Part shown: positions 61,991 to 64,000 of the stretch, piece after piece
How the letters are laid out: each line of letters starts with the position of its first letter
Position numbering within the stretch: the first letter of the stretch is position 1
Notes under the pieces: model-generated
What the model was told of the DNA's origin: nothing
The model's database searches: none
The model's input: only the letters and a program-made list of their open reading frames with translations
Position numbers and translations under genes: made by a program
Assembly (NCBI GenBank): GCA_965112155.1
Contig: OZ218102.1
Origin: Podarcis liolepis
Lineage: Eukaryota
Direction: 5' to 3' (one strand)
DNA length: 64,000 bases

Positions 61991-62447
61991 CTGCAATGCG
62001 CTCTACGTGGGGCTACCTTTGAAAGTGACCCGGAAACTACAACTAATCCAGAATGCGGCAGCTAGACTGGAGACTGGGAGCGGCCGCCGAGACCACATAA
62101 CACCAGTCCTGAAAGACCTACATTGGCTCCCAGTATGTTTCCAAGCACAATTCAAAGCACAACGGCCTCAGCTCAGTATACCTGAGAAGTGTGGTTACAG
62201 GGAACCAGGCAGAGAGGGCCTTCTCAGTGGTGGGGCCCACCCTGTGGAACACCCTCCCACCAGATGTCAAGGAAATAAACAACTATCTGACTTTTAGAAG
62301 ACATCTGAAGCCAGCCCTGTTTAGGGAAGTTTTTAATGTTTGATGTTTTCTTGTGTTTTTAATATTCTGTTGGAAGCCACCCAGAGTGGCTGGGGAGGCC
62401 CAGCCAGATGGGTGGGGCATAAGTAATAAAATGATGATGATGATGAT
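61991..62447 (+). mobile_element. L2-clade LINE 3' fragment with internal deletion
   Basis: CNALYVGLPLKVTRKLQLIQNAAARL...DHITPVLKDLHWLPV; (ATG)n tail. Confidence 0.92.
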
Positions 62448-62766
62448 CCCAAGGTCTTCCCTTTCCTACACTATTCATTGATTTGAAACACATTCTGCTG
62501 GAATAGTTCTAATTTGTTTTGCGCCATGAACACACATCTCAAGCGCTTGCTGTCTCCATGTGGACACAGAGCATGCATGGCAGAACTTCTGACAGTTGTG
62601 ATGCTGTGTCACTCCCTCTCATTTCCACGCCCATAGGGTTTTCAAAATGTGAAAATCTGGAAAGAAAAGAAAGTTGTTGTGCTCTTTTAAAGCAAACTTT
62701 TGCCCAAAGTTTTTTTGCCCAAAATCACAACAAAAATTGACGTTTTTATACAGTACTTTTAATGGA

Positions 62767-63098
62767 GGGACATGGGTGGTGCTATGGTCTAAACCACAGA
62801 GCCTAGGGCTTGCTGATCAGAAGGTCGCGGTTCGAATCCCCGCAACAGGTGAGCTCCCATTGCTCGGTCCCTGCTCCTGCCAACCTAGCAGTTCGAAAGC
62901 ACGTCAAAGTGCAAGTAGATAAATAGGTATCGCTCTGGCGGGAAGGTAAACGGTGTTTCCGTGTACTGCTCTGGTTCGCCAGAAGCGGCTTAGTCATGCT
63001 GGTCACATGACCTGGAAGCTGTACGCCGGCTCCCTTGGCTAATAAAGCGAGATGAGCCCCGCGACTGGACCTAATGGTCAGGGGTCTCTTTATCTTTT
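62767..63098 (+). mobile_element. Sauria SINE with a small 3' deletion
   Basis: GGTTCGAATCC B box; TSD tacttttaa(t/g)gga (62754-62766, 63099-63111). Confidence 0.95.
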
Positions 63099-63387
63099 TA
63101 CTTTTAAGGGAAATCGGCATACGTTGCCATATGTCCAGATTTTCACGGACATTTGGCTGATTTTTGCCCCGACACTGCTTCCAACTGCAGTATTCCATGC
63201 ATGTCCGGGAAATTACAGGTGTATGCTCATCCTACATTCACCTGAGAGATACCATTTCCAGTTCTTTTGCGGTCAAGCTGAGAGTCACTGTTTTTGCAAT
63301 GGAGGACAATGGTGCACTGGGAAAGGGAAGAGGCAAAAGAGTGCAGAAACAAAAGCAAATCTTTGAGGCTTGTGTACAAGGACTTTC

Positions 63388-63436
63388 CTGGTTGACTCAG
63401 TTGGTTAGAGTGTTGTTCTGATAACACCAAGGTTGC
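63388..63436 (+). pseudogene. Truncated tRNA-Ile-like sequence, probably a SINE head
   Basis: ctcagttggttagagtgttgttctgataacaccaaggttgc resembles the 5' two thirds of tRNA-Ile(AAT); no T arm. Confidence 0.55.
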
Positions 63437-64000
63437 TTTCTCGTCATTTGTCCTGGTTGTTTTTTGTTGCTGTTGCTGCTGTTATGTTGCTTTGGCAGAA
63501 GATAATGCCGTACAGAAAATTTAAAATATATAAAAAATAAAATAATATACTCTTAAAAACAAAAAATATATGAGTGATCTAGAGGAAGAGGGTGGCAGAA
63601 GATTCAATTCTGGTTATTATTGATTGATTGCTCCCAAGGCAAAAATATATAAGGCCAGGCCTTTTCTGCCTTGTTCTGTTTTTAGATAGTTTGGTTTTAT
63701 TTTCGCTCCACAGCTGCTCATCAACCCTTGAATAGTACGGAGAAGCCTGGACAAATGCACCATGTGTATAGATCCACCCAGGTTTTTATTTTAGCATATT
63801 TGCAGTATATCTACCTCGGGACTGTGAAAATGGGTTTCTCTCTCTCATCAGGTTTTAGCCAAACACTTATTCTGACATAGTATCCTGAATTTTATTATTC
63901 CCTCAGTTTAGCCCCTGTTTAGCCTAGCCAAGGCTCACAAGCATTTTGAAGTGTTTACATTCCATTCACAAATGTTAGGAAGTGGCTGCACTCCACACTT

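Noticed and set aside
1-64000. CRISPR arrays, rRNA genes, intact tRNA genes, autonomous transposases or viral genes
   Set aside because: None seen; tRNA-like stretches are SINE heads and all TE coding pieces are truncated or decayed

Overview
Squamate (lizard) genomic DNA, probably lacertid, judged from five Sauria SINEs, Squam3-type SINEs, Bov-B, CR1, L2 and L1 fragments and many hAT, Tc1/mariner and PIF/Harbinger MITEs. The only convincing protein-coding signal is a 147-nt, frame-preserving + strand exon candidate at 264-410, which the ORF track misses and whose gene I cannot name. The rest looks like one very large intron or gene-poor region: transposon debris (often nested, many with readable TSDs), microsatellites, three N gaps and several repeat-free, motif-dense blocks that may be conserved enhancers. 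Nearly all supplied ORFs are chance or repeat-derived. I found no convincing new multi-gene system. The most unusual structures are a fold-back hAT-like element carrying LINE tails in both arms (58905-59709), a 374-bp insert between 43-bp direct repeats (50422-50881), a hAT MITE with telomere-like GGGTTA units (16749-16916) and possible DIRS/Ngaro fossils. Family names are from remembered consensus features, not database searches.
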